Assembly (NCBI GenBank): GCA_001510075.1
Contig: LFEN01000034.1
Coordinates: 354 to 64,353, forward strand
From: Alphaproteobacteria bacterium casp-alpha2
GTDB taxonomy: Bacteria; Pseudomonadota; Alphaproteobacteria; Rhodospirillales; Casp-alpha2
Direction of reading: 5' to 3'
DNA: 64,000 bases
The translations under genes and the position numbers were made by a program. The notes below the pieces were generated by a model. The model saw only the letters and a program-made list of their open reading frames with translations, was not told where the DNA came from and did no database searches. This document shows positions 43,798-53,535 of the stretch, piece after piece. The stretch's first letter is position 1. The number at the start of each line of letters is the position of its first letter.

Positions 43798-44808
43798 TCA
43801 TCTCACGCCAAGGGTTTCGGGGTCTATGGCGGCCAGGGTTTCGATCAGGCGGCCGATTTTTTGTTGCAAGCCGGGAAGCCCTTTGCCCCGTTCGATGCGT
43901 TGTTCGTCCATGTAAAGCCCCCGGTTGACCTCGACCTGGAGGACATGAAACCCGTTCCGGGGGCGTCCGTAATGGCGGGTTGTAAAACCCCCGGCATAAG
44001 GCTTGTTCCGGGTCACGGTGAGGCCGGACCCTTCCAGCGCCTGTTGGGCAATGGCGGTTATATCGGGCGCGCAGGCGGTGGCGAAACAATCGCCGAGCAC
44101 GATATCGGACGGGGCGCGTCCGCTTTTCGATCCGTTCATGCCGGCGCTGGACGGCATGGAATGACAATCCACCAGCAAACATCCGCCGAAACGCTCTTTG
44201 GTTTCTTCCATCAAGCCCTTTAGCGCCGCGTGGTAGGGGTTATAGAAGCCCTCGATGCGTTGCTCGGCATCTTCGAAGCTGAGCGGTTCGCGGTAGATAT
44301 CCTCGCCGTCGGTGACGATTCTGGCGATGGTGCCCAGGCCTGCGGCAATGCGGGGCGAAGAGGTGTTGACGTAATCGGGCAAGGGGCCTGCGAACATCGC
44401 CGGGTCCAACTCGAAGGCCTCGCGGTTGGCATCGATATAAGCCCTCGGAAACCGGGCGCACAGCAACGGCGCGCCGTGTTCGGGGGCGCCGGCGAAAACT
44501 TCATCGACGAAGGCGTCCTCGGAGCGGCGCAACTGGGTTTTACTCAAGCGTGACGCAGCGACAAATTCCGCCGGATAATCGCGCCCCGAATGGGGCGACG
44601 CAAACACCACAGGCGCTGTCTGGCGAGCCGGAGACACGAGCCGCCACGACGCAGACGGGTGCCCGGAAACCATGGCATCCGGTTCGTCCAGGTCCGCTTT
44701 CGCGTGCAGTTCCAGAACGGTGTCGTCGGGCGCGGTCAAGGCGGTCTCTCCCAAGAGTGCGTAAAGGGGAACCCTAAATGTATACCCGCCCATCGCCCGC
44801 CTTGCCAA
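43798..44808 (-). CDS. N-formylglutamate amidohydrolase family protein
   Basis: Contains PVVFASPHSGRDYP and LLVDCHSMPS, which are FGase motifs. The start is uncertain. Confidence 0.75.
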   Translation of the reverse strand: MARRAMGGYTFRVPLYALLGETALTAPDDTVLELHAKADLDEPDAMVSGHPSASWRLVSPARQTAPVVFASPHSGRDYPAEFVAASRLSKTQLRRSEDAFVDEVFAGAPEHGAPLLCARFPRAYIDANREAFELDPAMFAGPLPDYVNTSSPRIAAGLGTIARIVTDGEDIYREPLSFEDAEQRIEGFYNPYHAALKGLMEETKERFGGCLLVDCHSMPSSAGMNGSKSGRAPSDIVLGDCFATACAPDITAIAQQALEGSGLTVTRNKPYAGGFTTRHYGRPRNGFHVLQVEVNRGLYMDEQRIERGKGLPGLQQKIGRLIETLAAIDPETLGVR

Positions 44809-44851
44809 GAGCGGGCCGTAGGGGTAAAACGCCGTCCCCGGACTTTTTATC

Positions 44852-44926
44852 GGGCGCGTAGCTCAGCGGGAGAGCACCTCGTTGACATCGAGGGGGTCAC
44901 TGGTTCAATCCCAGTCGTGCCCACCA
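44852..44926 (+). tRNA. tRNA-Val (anticodon GAC), CCA encoded
   Basis: Manual cloverleaf: acceptor GGGCGCG/CGTGCCC, D arm GCTC-AGCGGGA-GAGC, anticodon arm CCTCG-TTGACAT-CGAGG, T arm ACTGG-TTCAATC-CCAGT, then ACCA. Confidence 0.95.
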
Positions 44927-44928
44927 TC

Positions 44929-44966
44929 AAAACCCTGGCCCTAAAGGCCGGGGTTTTGTTTTTGCT
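44929..44966 (+). terminator. Rho-independent terminator after tRNA-Val
   Basis: AAAACCCTGGCC-CTAA-AGGCCGGGGTTTT followed by GTTTTT. Confidence 0.7.
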
Positions 44967-44980
44967 GCGTCAGGGATTGC

Positions 44981-45646
44981 TTATTGATTGGCCGGGTTGT
45001 CCGGCTGTTTATCGGGGTGCGTGTCGGCGAAGGCGGCAAGGGCCATGCAGTTGTCGTAAATCCCTTTCACTGCCGGAAAAGGCTTTAAGCCGACGGCGAA
45101 TTTTTCGGCGACGAAACCATGCGCCACCAGGCATATATCGGCCATGCCTGGTGTATCTCCGTGGCAAAAGGCGCCGGTAGCGGGGTTGCCGGCGAGCATT
45201 TTCTCCAACGCCCCAAAACCACGTTGGTTCCAGTATTGAAGCCATTCATGGCCGGTCTTTTTTTGTAGGCCCAATTTTTCATCCAGATAATTCATGACCC
45301 GCGCCGTGCCGAGCGAATGGGTGTCGCTGACCATGACATGGGCCATCGCCCGTACGCGGGCGCGGCCAGGGGGATCCTTGGGCAGCAGGGCCGGTTCAGG
45401 GTGTGTTTCTTCCAGGTATTCCATGATCGGGATGGTCTGGGTCAGCACATGGCCGTTATCGACCAGCGTCGGCACCACGGCGGACGGGTTGAGCGCCAGG
45501 TATTCCGGTTTCTTGAGGTCCGATGCTCCCCCGGCTCCCCCCCGGCCCCCAACAACATAGACGGGCTCGTAGTCGATCCCCTTCAAGGCCAGGGCAATTC
45601 TGACCCGGTAGGCGGAGCCGGACGGAAAGAAGGTGTATAGTTGCAT
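44981..45646 (-). CDS. maiA: Maleylacetoacetate isomerase / zeta-class glutathione S-transferase
   Basis: MQLYTFFPSGSAYRVRIALALKGIDYE is a zeta-GST N-terminus (SSxxxRVRIAL type). Start set at 45646. Confidence 0.8.
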   Translation of the reverse strand: MQLYTFFPSGSAYRVRIALALKGIDYEPVYVVGGRGGAGGASDLKKPEYLALNPSAVVPTLVDNGHVLTQTIPIMEYLEETHPEPALLPKDPPGRARVRAMAHVMVSDTHSLGTARVMNYLDEKLGLQKKTGHEWLQYWNQRGFGALEKMLAGNPATGAFCHGDTPGMADICLVAHGFVAEKFAVGLKPFPAVKGIYDNCMALAAFADTHPDKQPDNPANQ

Positions 45647-45707
45647 GAAATCCCTCATATTATTTTTGTAGTAGATTAAAATTTAGGCCCGCTCAGGAGA
45701 TGCCATC

Positions 45708-46499
45708 ATGCCCGAAGGCAAGCACAAACCGAAAGCCCATTTCGAAGCCCGCGCCACGGCGGAGATGGATAAGCATCTGCTCAAGCCCGAATGGACGTTG
45801 CGCCAGAAACTGGCGCTCTCCGCCCGTATGCTGGCCAGAGAAGAGCACGGCTCGGCCCTGGCCGGCCAGGTCACCGCCCGCGGCGATGCGCCGGGCACCA
45901 TGTGGACGGGGCGCTTCGGCCTGGGCTTAGACGAGCTTCGGGCGGCGGATTTTCTGCTCGTCGATGATGACCTCAACGTGCTTGAGGGCGACGGCATGCC
46001 CAACCCGGCGAACCGCTTTCATCTCTGGGTCTATCGCGCGCGCGCCGACGTCAACTGCATTATCCACACCCATCCGCCGTATACGTCGGCATTATCCATG
46101 ATCGGCGTGCCGCTGCATGCGTCGCATATGGACACTGCCCTTCTCTACGATGATTGCGCCTGGCTCGAAACTTGGCCGGGGCCACCCATCGGTGATGGAG
46201 AAGGGGAGATGATCGCCAACGCTTTGGGTGACAAAAACGCCATTTTGCTGGCCCATCACGGGCAGCTGTCGGCATCGCCCCGTGTCGAGGAGACGGCCTT
46301 CCGGGCGTTGTTCTTCGAGCGCGCCGCCCGGCTTCAGTTGCTGGCCATGGCGGCGGGAACGATCCGGGATTTACCTGAAGACGCCGGCAAACACGCCCAC
46401 GATTACCGGCTCAAGCCGCAAACCGTGGATGCTACTTTTCACTACCATTCGAGGCTGGTGTTAAAAGATGAGCCCGAATGCCTCGAAGAAGACGCCTAA
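45708..46499 (+). CDS. Class-II aldolase/adducin-family protein
   Basis: IIHTHPPYTSALS (metal His motif) and LLAHHGQL are present. 263 aa. Confidence 0.8.
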   Translation: MPEGKHKPKAHFEARATAEMDKHLLKPEWTLRQKLALSARMLAREEHGSALAGQVTARGDAPGTMWTGRFGLGLDELRAADFLLVDDDLNVLEGDGMPNPANRFHLWVYRARADVNCIIHTHPPYTSALSMIGVPLHASHMDTALLYDDCAWLETWPGPPIGDGEGEMIANALGDKNAILLAHHGQLSASPRVEETAFRALFFERAARLQLLAMAAGTIRDLPEDAGKHAHDYRLKPQTVDATFHYHSRLVLKDEPECLEEDA

Positions 46500-47035
46500 T
46501 CGACCCGCGAAAAAACCTCGTGGAAGAAACTCGATAGATGCGCGGTCGGGGTGTGAGACTCAAAATAATAAGAACTCATCCCGTGACTAACCGTTTCGCC
46601 GTCATCGGAAAACGGCAGGCGCAATACCAATGCCCGCCCGAACAGGCCGCGGCTGGTCTCGAATTCTTTAACTTCGTAATGTGCCATCCGGCTTGAGGCG
46701 AGTCGCGCGCAACCGCCTTCGATATTAATGCCGAGCGATTTTGGCGGCACTTCGGCGGGGGTTTTGCCGGTGAAATCCGCGCCGAATACATCTGTCAGGC
46801 CGGTGCCCCAAAAACGGTACGTCGCCAACAGGGGGTCGGGCGTGATGTCGGTAATACTGGTCAGGGAGATGGCTTCCGCCGGCAATTCGGCAAAGATGGA
46901 CGATGACCACGGGGGCGCAAACCTGTCACCCCGTTTTTTCTGCCAGCAGTTGAAAATTTTAATGTGGTATTCCACCGGCGCTTCTTGCGGTGGAATGAAC
47001 TTGGAAATAATTTCAACGTCTTTCTTGCCGCCCAT
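46496..47035 (-). CDS. PAS_5 (DUF1457)-type small PAS-like protein
   Basis: CWQKKRGDRFAPPWSS...YRFWGTGLTDVFGADFTGKTPAE fits the alphaproteobacterial DUF1457 pattern. 179 aa. Confidence 0.55.
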   Translation of the reverse strand: MGGKKDVEIISKFIPPQEAPVEYHIKIFNCWQKKRGDRFAPPWSSSIFAELPAEAISLTSITDITPDPLLATYRFWGTGLTDVFGADFTGKTPAEVPPKSLGINIEGGCARLASSRMAHYEVKEFETSRGLFGRALVLRLPFSDDGETVSHGMSSYYFESHTPTAHLSSFFHEVFSRVD

Positions 47036-47308
47036 ACTGGCCCCCCCCCTATGCAGCTCCTAAAATTCTTGAGCTTTTTTTTATCCTTAGCGGTTCCTGC
47101 CGCCTTTTCACCTACATCTAGCAGCGCCAATAATAAATTTTGGGGCTGTCCTGTTAAAAGAGAATGAGTATGGAATTCGGCATAAGAACCGCAAATAAAC
47201 CCTGAAAAAGTACGGATAAAGGGAATCTCTCGAATCCGAATGCAACCGGAAGGAATCATGGGCGCAGGAAGGATCAATCTTGAACCGTGAAGACAGCGGG
47301 TTTGCGAA

Positions 47309-48292
47309 TCAGGTCAGCTCGGCCTTTGGCGTTTGCGGCTTTTTCAATTTGCGCTCGCGCCAGGTGATGAAGGCGGTGGCGGCGAAAATCATGGCGCCGC
47401 CAAGCCAGGTATAAACACCGGGAATCTCGCTGAAGGCCAAATAGGCGATCGCCGAAACCCAGATCAGGCGGGCAAATTCCATGGGCATGATGACTTGGGT
47501 CTCGCCGACCCGTAGCGCTTCGGCCATGGCCATCTGGCCGATGCCGCCGACAATGCCGATCCAGACCAGCCACAGAAACTGTTCCCCCGTCGGCCATTGC
47601 CACACCCACAACGCCGGCAGCAAGGACAGGGGCGCCATCACCAGCGACATATAGGTGGTGATGGTCAGGCTGGATTCCGTCTTGCCCAGTGACTTGATGA
47701 TGACCAGGCAAACACCCCAGACGACGGCGGCAAACAGCGCCAGGGCAGAGCCCAGGCTGACCGCTTCGAAGCCGGGGCGAATGACCACCATGGCGCCCAG
47801 GAAACCAAAGGCAATCGCCGACCAGCGCAACAGGCCAACCTTTTCGCCGAAGAAAAAAATGGCAAGGGCGGTGGCGAAAATCGGCGCGGTAAAGACCAGG
47901 GCGGTGACCTCCGCCAGCGGCGTAATCGACAGCGACATGAAAAACGCCAACATGCAAAAAATATTCAACACGCCCCGCGTTACCATCAGGCCCAGACGCT
48001 TTGTCTTCAACGGCGCCCAGCCCATTTTGAGGAACCAGGGCAGCAGGGGGATGAGCCCGAAGATGATGCGGAAAAAAGCGATTTCAAACGGATGTAACCC
48101 TGCCGACACATGCCGGATGGAGGCATGCATGGCCGACATGGAAAGGCCGCAGAGCAGCATCCAGAGAATGCCCCGGACGTTGTTCTGTTGCGGTGTTGTC
48201 GGCGCTGGCGCGGGCATGAGACCGGGGTCTTTCAATTTGTGTGCGGTTCTTGAACGGCTTATTCTTGAACACCTTAAAGAAGGAGCGGTCAA
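47309..48292 (-). CDS. DMT-superfamily (EamA-like) transporter
   Basis: 10-TM protein with duplicated EamA halves. The start is probably internal (MPAPAPTTPQQNNVRGILWML). Confidence 0.75.
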   Translation of the reverse strand: MTAPSLRCSRISRSRTAHKLKDPGLMPAPAPTTPQQNNVRGILWMLLCGLSMSAMHASIRHVSAGLHPFEIAFFRIIFGLIPLLPWFLKMGWAPLKTKRLGLMVTRGVLNIFCMLAFFMSLSITPLAEVTALVFTAPIFATALAIFFFGEKVGLLRWSAIAFGFLGAMVVIRPGFEAVSLGSALALFAAVVWGVCLVIIKSLGKTESSLTITTYMSLVMAPLSLLPALWVWQWPTGEQFLWLVWIGIVGGIGQMAMAEALRVGETQVIMPMEFARLIWVSAIAYLAFSEIPGVYTWLGGAMIFAATAFITWRERKLKKPQTPKAELT

Positions 48293-48324
48293 GGGATGTC
48301 AAATGAAGGGGAAATTTCCGGCCA

Positions 48325-49122
48325 TTGGTCCATGGGGGGCTGGCCCAGACCATCCTTGGCGCCCTGGAAGAGGCCAAAATCGATATAGAAAATCTGACAG
48401 CGCAAGACCTGGAGCCGCTCGACAACATGCATGGCGGCGGCGCAGGGGCGACCCGGGAAATGATGGCCGCGCTGTCCCCGGCTCCTGACCAGCACCTGCT
48501 GGATATCGGCTCCGGCATCGGTGGGCCGGCGCGCATGCTGGCGTCGGAAAAGGGCGTAAAAATAACCGGCATCGATTTAACGCCTGAATTCTGCGACGTC
48601 GCTGTCATGCTGACGGAAAAAACGGGACTTTCCGGTTTGCTCGACTTCAAGCAGGGGAGCGCCCTTGAATTGCCGTTTGACGACGAAAGCTTCGACGGCG
48701 CGTATACCCATAACGTGACCATGAACATCCCTGACAAGGCTACGTTCTACGCCGAGGCCTACCGGGTGGTGAAGCCGGGCGGGTTGTTCGTTTCCGCCGG
48801 GCTGGCGGAAGGCCCGAACGGGCCGCCGTTTTTCCCGGTTCCATGGGCAAAAGTGCCGCAAGACAGCTATTTGGTGACGCCCGACGAAACCTGCCGACTG
48901 ATAGAGGCGGCCGGTTTCGAGATCGTCGATATGATCGACAAAACCGAAGCCATGCTTGAGTTTTACGACCAGAAACGTAAGCAAATCGCCGCCGAAGGCC
49001 CGCCGGTCTTGAGCGTGCACATTATCCTGGGCGATGACGGCAAGTTGAGGCTCAAGAATTCCGCCCGAAGCGTCGAGGAAGGGCGAACGACGCCTGTCGA
49101 GATACTCTGTCGGCGGCATTGA
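48325..49122 (+). CDS. Class-I SAM-dependent methyltransferase
   Basis: LLDIGSGIGGPARMLA (motif I) and VKPGGLFV (motif II/III region) are present. The start is a TTG and is uncertain. Confidence 0.75.
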   Translation: MVHGGLAQTILGALEEAKIDIENLTAQDLEPLDNMHGGGAGATREMMAALSPAPDQHLLDIGSGIGGPARMLASEKGVKITGIDLTPEFCDVAVMLTEKTGLSGLLDFKQGSALELPFDDESFDGAYTHNVTMNIPDKATFYAEAYRVVKPGGLFVSAGLAEGPNGPPFFPVPWAKVPQDSYLVTPDETCRLIEAAGFEIVDMIDKTEAMLEFYDQKRKQIAAEGPPVLSVHIILGDDGKLRLKNSARSVEEGRTTPVEILCRRH

Positions 49123-49185
49123 CTTTCCCCGGGCCAGCCCCTAGTTTTCCGCCCGCTTGATAATTACCGACCAGGAGCCGAGGCC

Positions 49186-49311
49186 ATGAAGGTTATTAAT
49201 TCGCTGAAATCTGCGAAAAACCGCGACAGACATTGCGTTGTCGTGCGCCGTCGTGGCCGTGTGTACGTCATTAACAAGCGCAACAAGCGTTTCAAGGCGC
49301 GCCAAGGCTAG
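49186..49311 (+). CDS. rpmJ: 50S ribosomal protein L36 (Cys-less, alphaproteobacterial/YkgO type); not in the supplied ORF track
   Basis: Translates to [41 protein letters not shown] (41 aa). AGGAG lies 9 nt upstream and a terminator follows. Confidence 0.9.
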   Translation: MKVINSLKSAKNRDRHCVVVRRRGRVYVINKRNKRFKARQG

Positions 49312-49355
49312 TAAAAGGCCCAACTTTTTGGGCTCAGGCTACCTGAATCTTATTT

Positions 49356-49390
49356 AAAACCGCGGCATCGTCCGCGGTTTTTTGTTTTTC
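49356..49390 (+). terminator. Rho-independent terminator after rpmJ
   Basis: AAAACCGCGG-CATCGT-CCGCGGTTTTTTGTTTTT. Confidence 0.8.
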
Positions 49391-49446
49391 AGGGCGTCCC
49401 CATATCCCATAGACTAGTTCAAGCTGTTTTGGGGAGATAAACACCG

Positions 49447-50934
49447 ATGCAAATGCCACAACCGGATGCGGACGTCATTGCGCGCCGCGCCGAGATCATC
49501 AAGGCCATGCAAGGGATTATTTCCGGCGAGGGGGTGATTGCCGACACCGATGAACTTCGCGCCTACGACCATGACGGCCTGATGGCCTACAAGGGATTGC
49601 CGCTGGTCGTGGTCCTGCCGGAAACCACCGAGCAGGTATCGGATATCCTCAAATACTGTCATGACAACAACGTCAAGATCGTACCCCGCGGCGCCGGCAC
49701 GGGTTTGTCCGGCGGGGCGTTGCCGTTGGCCGACGCCATCACGCTGGGGCTCGGCAAGTTCAAGAAAATCCTGGAAATTGATTTCGATAACCGCACCGTC
49801 ATTACCCAGCCGGGCGTGACCAATTTAGCGCTCACCCAGGCGGTCGAGCACGAAGGGTTCTATTACGCGCCCGACCCGTCGAGCCAGATCGCGTGTTCCA
49901 TCGGCGGCAACGTGGCGGAAAACGCCGGCGGCGTTCATTGTTTGAAATACGGGCTGACCACCAACAACGTGCTCGGCATTGAAATGGTGCTGATGTCGGG
50001 CGAGGTCGTGCGCTTCGGCGGTAAACACCTCGATTCCGGGGGCTATGACCTGTTGGGTGTGGCGAATGGATCGGAAGGCCTGTTGGGCGTCATCACCGAG
50101 GTCACGGTGAGGATTTTGAGGAAACCGGAAACCGCACGCGCCTTGCTCGTCGGGTTCCCGAGCAACGAAAGCGCCGGTGACTGCGTTGCCGCCATCATCA
50201 GCGCCGGCATTATCCCCGGCGGCATGGAGATGATGGACAAACCGGCCATTCACGCCACCGAGGACTTCGTCCATGCGGGATATCCGCTCGACGTACAGGC
50301 CTTGCTGATCGTCGAGTTGGACGGCCCGGAAGCCGAGGTCGAGCATTTGATCGAGCGGGTAGATGGCATCGCCAACCAGACCGGGGCGACGTATCTCAAA
50401 ATCAGCCAGTCGGACGCCGAGCGGGAAGTCTTTTGGTCCGGGCGCAAAAACGCTTTTCCCGCCGTCGGCCGCATTTCACCCGATTATCTCTGCATGGACG
50501 GCACCATCCCGCGTCATCGTTTGGCCGATGTCCTCAAAAGGGTCGAGGAATTGTCGCAAAAATATAACCTTCGCGTCGCCAACGTGTTTCATGCCGGTGA
50601 CGGCAACCTGCACCCGTTGATCCTGTTCGATGCCAACCAGCCGGGCGAGTTGGAGAATGCGGAAAACTTCGGCGCCGATATCCTGCGCTACTGCGTCGAG
50701 GTCGGCGGCGTGCTCACCGGCGAACACGGTGTCGGCATCGAAAAACGCGATCTGATGGGTGAAATGTTCACCGAAGACGACATGAACCACCAACAGCGCC
50801 TGAAATGCGCCTTCGACCCGGCAGGGCTTCTCAACCCGGGCAAGGTCTACCCGACTTTGCACCGTTGCGCCGAGTTGGGCCGCATGTACGTGCATCACGG
50901 CAAGTTGCCGTTCCCCGATATTCCGAGGTTTTAG
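49447..50934 (+). CDS. glcD: Glycolate oxidase FAD-linked subunit GlcD
   Basis: 495 aa with an FAD_binding_4 N-terminus (VVLPETTEQVSDILKYCHDNNVKIVPRGAGTGLSGGA). Followed by glcE and glcF. Confidence 0.9.
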   Translation: MQMPQPDADVIARRAEIIKAMQGIISGEGVIADTDELRAYDHDGLMAYKGLPLVVVLPETTEQVSDILKYCHDNNVKIVPRGAGTGLSGGALPLADAITLGLGKFKKILEIDFDNRTVITQPGVTNLALTQAVEHEGFYYAPDPSSQIACSIGGNVAENAGGVHCLKYGLTTNNVLGIEMVLMSGEVVRFGGKHLDSGGYDLLGVANGSEGLLGVITEVTVRILRKPETARALLVGFPSNESAGDCVAAIISAGIIPGGMEMMDKPAIHATEDFVHAGYPLDVQALLIVELDGPEAEVEHLIERVDGIANQTGATYLKISQSDAEREVFWSGRKNAFPAVGRISPDYLCMDGTIPRHRLADVLKRVEELSQKYNLRVANVFHAGDGNLHPLILFDANQPGELENAENFGADILRYCVEVGGVLTGEHGVGIEKRDLMGEMFTEDDMNHQQRLKCAFDPAGLLNPGKVYPTLHRCAELGRMYVHHGKLPFPDIPRF

Positions 50935-50939
50935 ATTGC

Positions 50940-52166
50940 ATGAGCCAAACCCTGAAACCCGAAACAGCGGAACACCTGCTGGAGGTCTTGAAATGGGCGG
51001 TGGCGGAGAAATCGTCGCTGGATGTGCGCGGCAACGGCACCAAGCAGGGCTTCGGGCGGCCGATGCGTACGACCCATACCCTGGACCTTTCAGGCCTGTC
51101 GGGCATCAAGGTTTATGAGCCGCACGAATTGTTTATGACCGCTTATTCCGGCACCCCCGTCGCCGACATCGAAGCGGCCTTGCGCCAGAACAACCAGCAG
51201 ATGGCGTTTGAACCGGCCGACCTGGGGCCTTTGTTGGGGATGGCGGAAGGGACAGGCACCATCGGCGGCGTCATCGCGTGTAACCTGGCCGGGCCCCGGC
51301 GTATCCAGGCGGGCGCGGCGCGCGATCATTTTCTCGGCTTCAACGCCGTCAGCGGTCGGGGTGAGGTGTTTAAATCCGGCGGCACCGTGGTCAAGAACGT
51401 CACCGGGTTCGATTTGTCGAAACTGATCGCCGGTTCCTTCGGAACGCTGGCGGTCATGACCGAAGCGACGTTCAAGGTTTTGCCGGCGGCGGAAAAAACC
51501 CGCACCGTCCTGGCGCTGGGGTTGACCGACACCCGGGCCATGAAGGCCATGAGCCAGGCCCTGGGCAGCGCCAACGACGTTTCCGGCGCCGCCCATTTGC
51601 CCGCTGCCCAGGCGGCGCGGTCCGGGGTTTCTTATGTTTCCGGCGCCGGCCAGGCGGTGACGGCGGTCCGCGTCGAAGGGCCCGGCCCGTCGGTGGAACA
51701 CCGCTGCCAAGCGATCCGGGGGCTGTGGGCGGACAAGGGCGCGCAACTGGAAGAATTGCATTCCCAGAACTCGGCCGCCCTGTGGAAAGAAATCCGCGAC
51801 GTCCGCTTGCTGGATGCAGCAGAAGGCAAACAGGTGTGGCGCGTTTCCGTGCCGCCCATGGAAGGCGCCGGCGTCGGCGGCGAGCTGCTCGGCGCTAGCG
51901 GCGGCGAGGTGTTCTACGACTGGGGCGGCGGCCTGATCTGGCTCGCCCATGATGGGTGTCCCGATGCCAACCATGATCAGGTTCGCGCCGCCGTCGCCAA
52001 GGCAGGGGGGCACGCGACCTTGATCCGCGCCGATGCCGATGTGCGCGGCCTTGTGCCGGTGTTCGAACCGCAACCGGGGCCGCTTGGCGATATCACCCGG
52101 CGCGTAAAGCAAGGCTTCGATCCCGAAGGCGTGCTCAATCCCGGGCGCATGGTCGAGGGGGTGTAA
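50940..52166 (+). CDS. glcE: Glycolate oxidase FAD-binding subunit GlcE
   Basis: ATG at 50940. Contains VRGNGTKQGFG and VKNVTGFDLSKL. 408 aa. Confidence 0.85.
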   Translation: MSQTLKPETAEHLLEVLKWAVAEKSSLDVRGNGTKQGFGRPMRTTHTLDLSGLSGIKVYEPHELFMTAYSGTPVADIEAALRQNNQQMAFEPADLGPLLGMAEGTGTIGGVIACNLAGPRRIQAGAARDHFLGFNAVSGRGEVFKSGGTVVKNVTGFDLSKLIAGSFGTLAVMTEATFKVLPAAEKTRTVLALGLTDTRAMKAMSQALGSANDVSGAAHLPAAQAARSGVSYVSGAGQAVTAVRVEGPGPSVEHRCQAIRGLWADKGAQLEELHSQNSAALWKEIRDVRLLDAAEGKQVWRVSVPPMEGAGVGGELLGASGGEVFYDWGGGLIWLAHDGCPDANHDQVRAAVAKAGGHATLIRADADVRGLVPVFEPQPGPLGDITRRVKQGFDPEGVLNPGRMVEGV

Positions 52167-52169
52167 GGT

Positions 52170-53471
52170 ATGAAAACCGACTTCACCATCGCCCAGCTTG
52201 CCGATCCGGAAATCGACGCTGCCAACACGATTTTGCGCAATTGCGTGCATTGTGGATTTTGCACCGCGACGTGTCCGACCTATGTGTTGCTGGGCGACGA
52301 ACTGGATAGCCCGCGTGGCCGCATCTACCTGATCAAGAACCTGCTCGAACAAAACAAACCGGCGACCAACAAGGTGGTCAAGCACATCGACCGCTGTCTC
52401 TCGTGCCTCAGTTGCATGACCACGTGTCCGGCGTCCGTCGATTACATGCATCTGGTCGACCGCGCCCGGGCGCATATCTTCGATAGCTTTTCCCGCCCCT
52501 GGGCCGATCAGATGCTGCGGGTGTTGTTGGCGTTGGTGGTGCCGAACCCCGGCGTCTTCCGTTGGGCGCTGATCGGGGCCAGGCTGGCCCGCCCGTTTCG
52601 GGCGCTGTTTCCGGGCAGGCTGAAAGGCCTGATCGGCATGGCGCCGAAAAAAATTGCCAAAGCTTCCCTGGTCGACCGGGCACAGGTCTTTGCCTGCGAG
52701 GGTAAACGGTGCCTGCGTGTCGCCCTGATGACCGGTTGCGCGCAACAAGTGCTGCGCCCCGCCATCAACGAAGCGACGGTGCGCCTGCTGACCCGCCATG
52801 GCTGCGAGGTCGTGGTGGCGTCGGGGGCCGGGTGCTGCGGCGCCCTGGTGCACCACATGGGCCGCGAGATCGAAGCCCGTATTCAGGCCAAGACCAACAT
52901 CGGCGCCTGGGAAAAGGTGATCGAAGACGGCGGCCTCGACGCCATTGTCATCAACGCGTCGGGCTGCGGCACGACGGTCAAGGATTATGGCTGGTTACTT
53001 AAAGATGAGCCCGACTGGGCCGAGCGGGCGAAAACAATTTCAGCCCTGACCCGTGATGTCAGCGAAGTCGTGACCGACCTCGACCTAAAGGAATTTATCG
53101 CTGATACCCGCCCCGTCGTCGCCTATCATTCGGCGTGCTCCATGCAGCACGGCCAGAAACTCACCGACGGGCCGAAAAATCTGCTTACCCAAGCCGGGTT
53201 CGAGGTCGTGTCGCCGGGCGAAGGGCACCTGTGTTGCGGATCGGCGGGAACCTACAACATTTTGCAGCCGGAAATCGCCACCCGTCTCCAGGAACGCAAA
53301 ATCGGCCATTTGAAAGCCACTGGCGCGGACGTCATCGCCACCGGCAATATCGGTTGTCTGGTGCAGATCGCCGGCGGTGACTGGGGAAAAACGAAAGCCC
53401 CCCCGGTGGTGCATACGGTGGAACTGCTGGATTGGGCGACCGGCGGGCCGAAGCCTTCTGGTTTGCCTTGA
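52170..53471 (+). CDS. glcF: Glycolate oxidase iron-sulfur subunit GlcF
   Basis: Contains CVHCGFCTATCP and CLSCLSCMTTCP (2x 4Fe-4S) plus CCG-domain repeats (CCGALV, CCGSAG). Confidence 0.9.
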   Translation: MKTDFTIAQLADPEIDAANTILRNCVHCGFCTATCPTYVLLGDELDSPRGRIYLIKNLLEQNKPATNKVVKHIDRCLSCLSCMTTCPASVDYMHLVDRARAHIFDSFSRPWADQMLRVLLALVVPNPGVFRWALIGARLARPFRALFPGRLKGLIGMAPKKIAKASLVDRAQVFACEGKRCLRVALMTGCAQQVLRPAINEATVRLLTRHGCEVVVASGAGCCGALVHHMGREIEARIQAKTNIGAWEKVIEDGGLDAIVINASGCGTTVKDYGWLLKDEPDWAERAKTISALTRDVSEVVTDLDLKEFIADTRPVVAYHSACSMQHGQKLTDGPKNLLTQAGFEVVSPGEGHLCCGSAGTYNILQPEIATRLQERKIGHLKATGADVIATGNIGCLVQIAGGDWGKTKAPPVVHTVELLDWATGGPKPSGLP

Positions 53472-53535
53472 TGGCGGCCTGTCCGGACATTAGTTTAGCT
53501 CAGCAAAACAATAACCTTCGCCGCCAAGGGACCCC

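Noticed and set aside
44852-45000. tRNA-Val as a potential genomic-island integration site
   Set aside because: There is no integrase, no direct repeat of the tRNA 3' end, and the downstream genes (maiA, aldolase) look like ordinary core metabolism with similar composition.
48296-48388. Short ORF (MSNEGEISGHWSMGG...) with a good SD just upstream of the methyltransferase, suggesting a frameshifted N-terminus
   Set aside because: The two frames share no obvious continuation of a methyltransferase N-terminal motif, and the downstream frame has its own possible TTG start. There is not enough evidence to call a pseudogene or frameshift without homologues.
51090-52856. 588-aa minus-strand ORF opposite glcE/glcF
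   Set aside because: It is a shadow ORF antisense to conserved glycolate oxidase genes, and no motifs are present.
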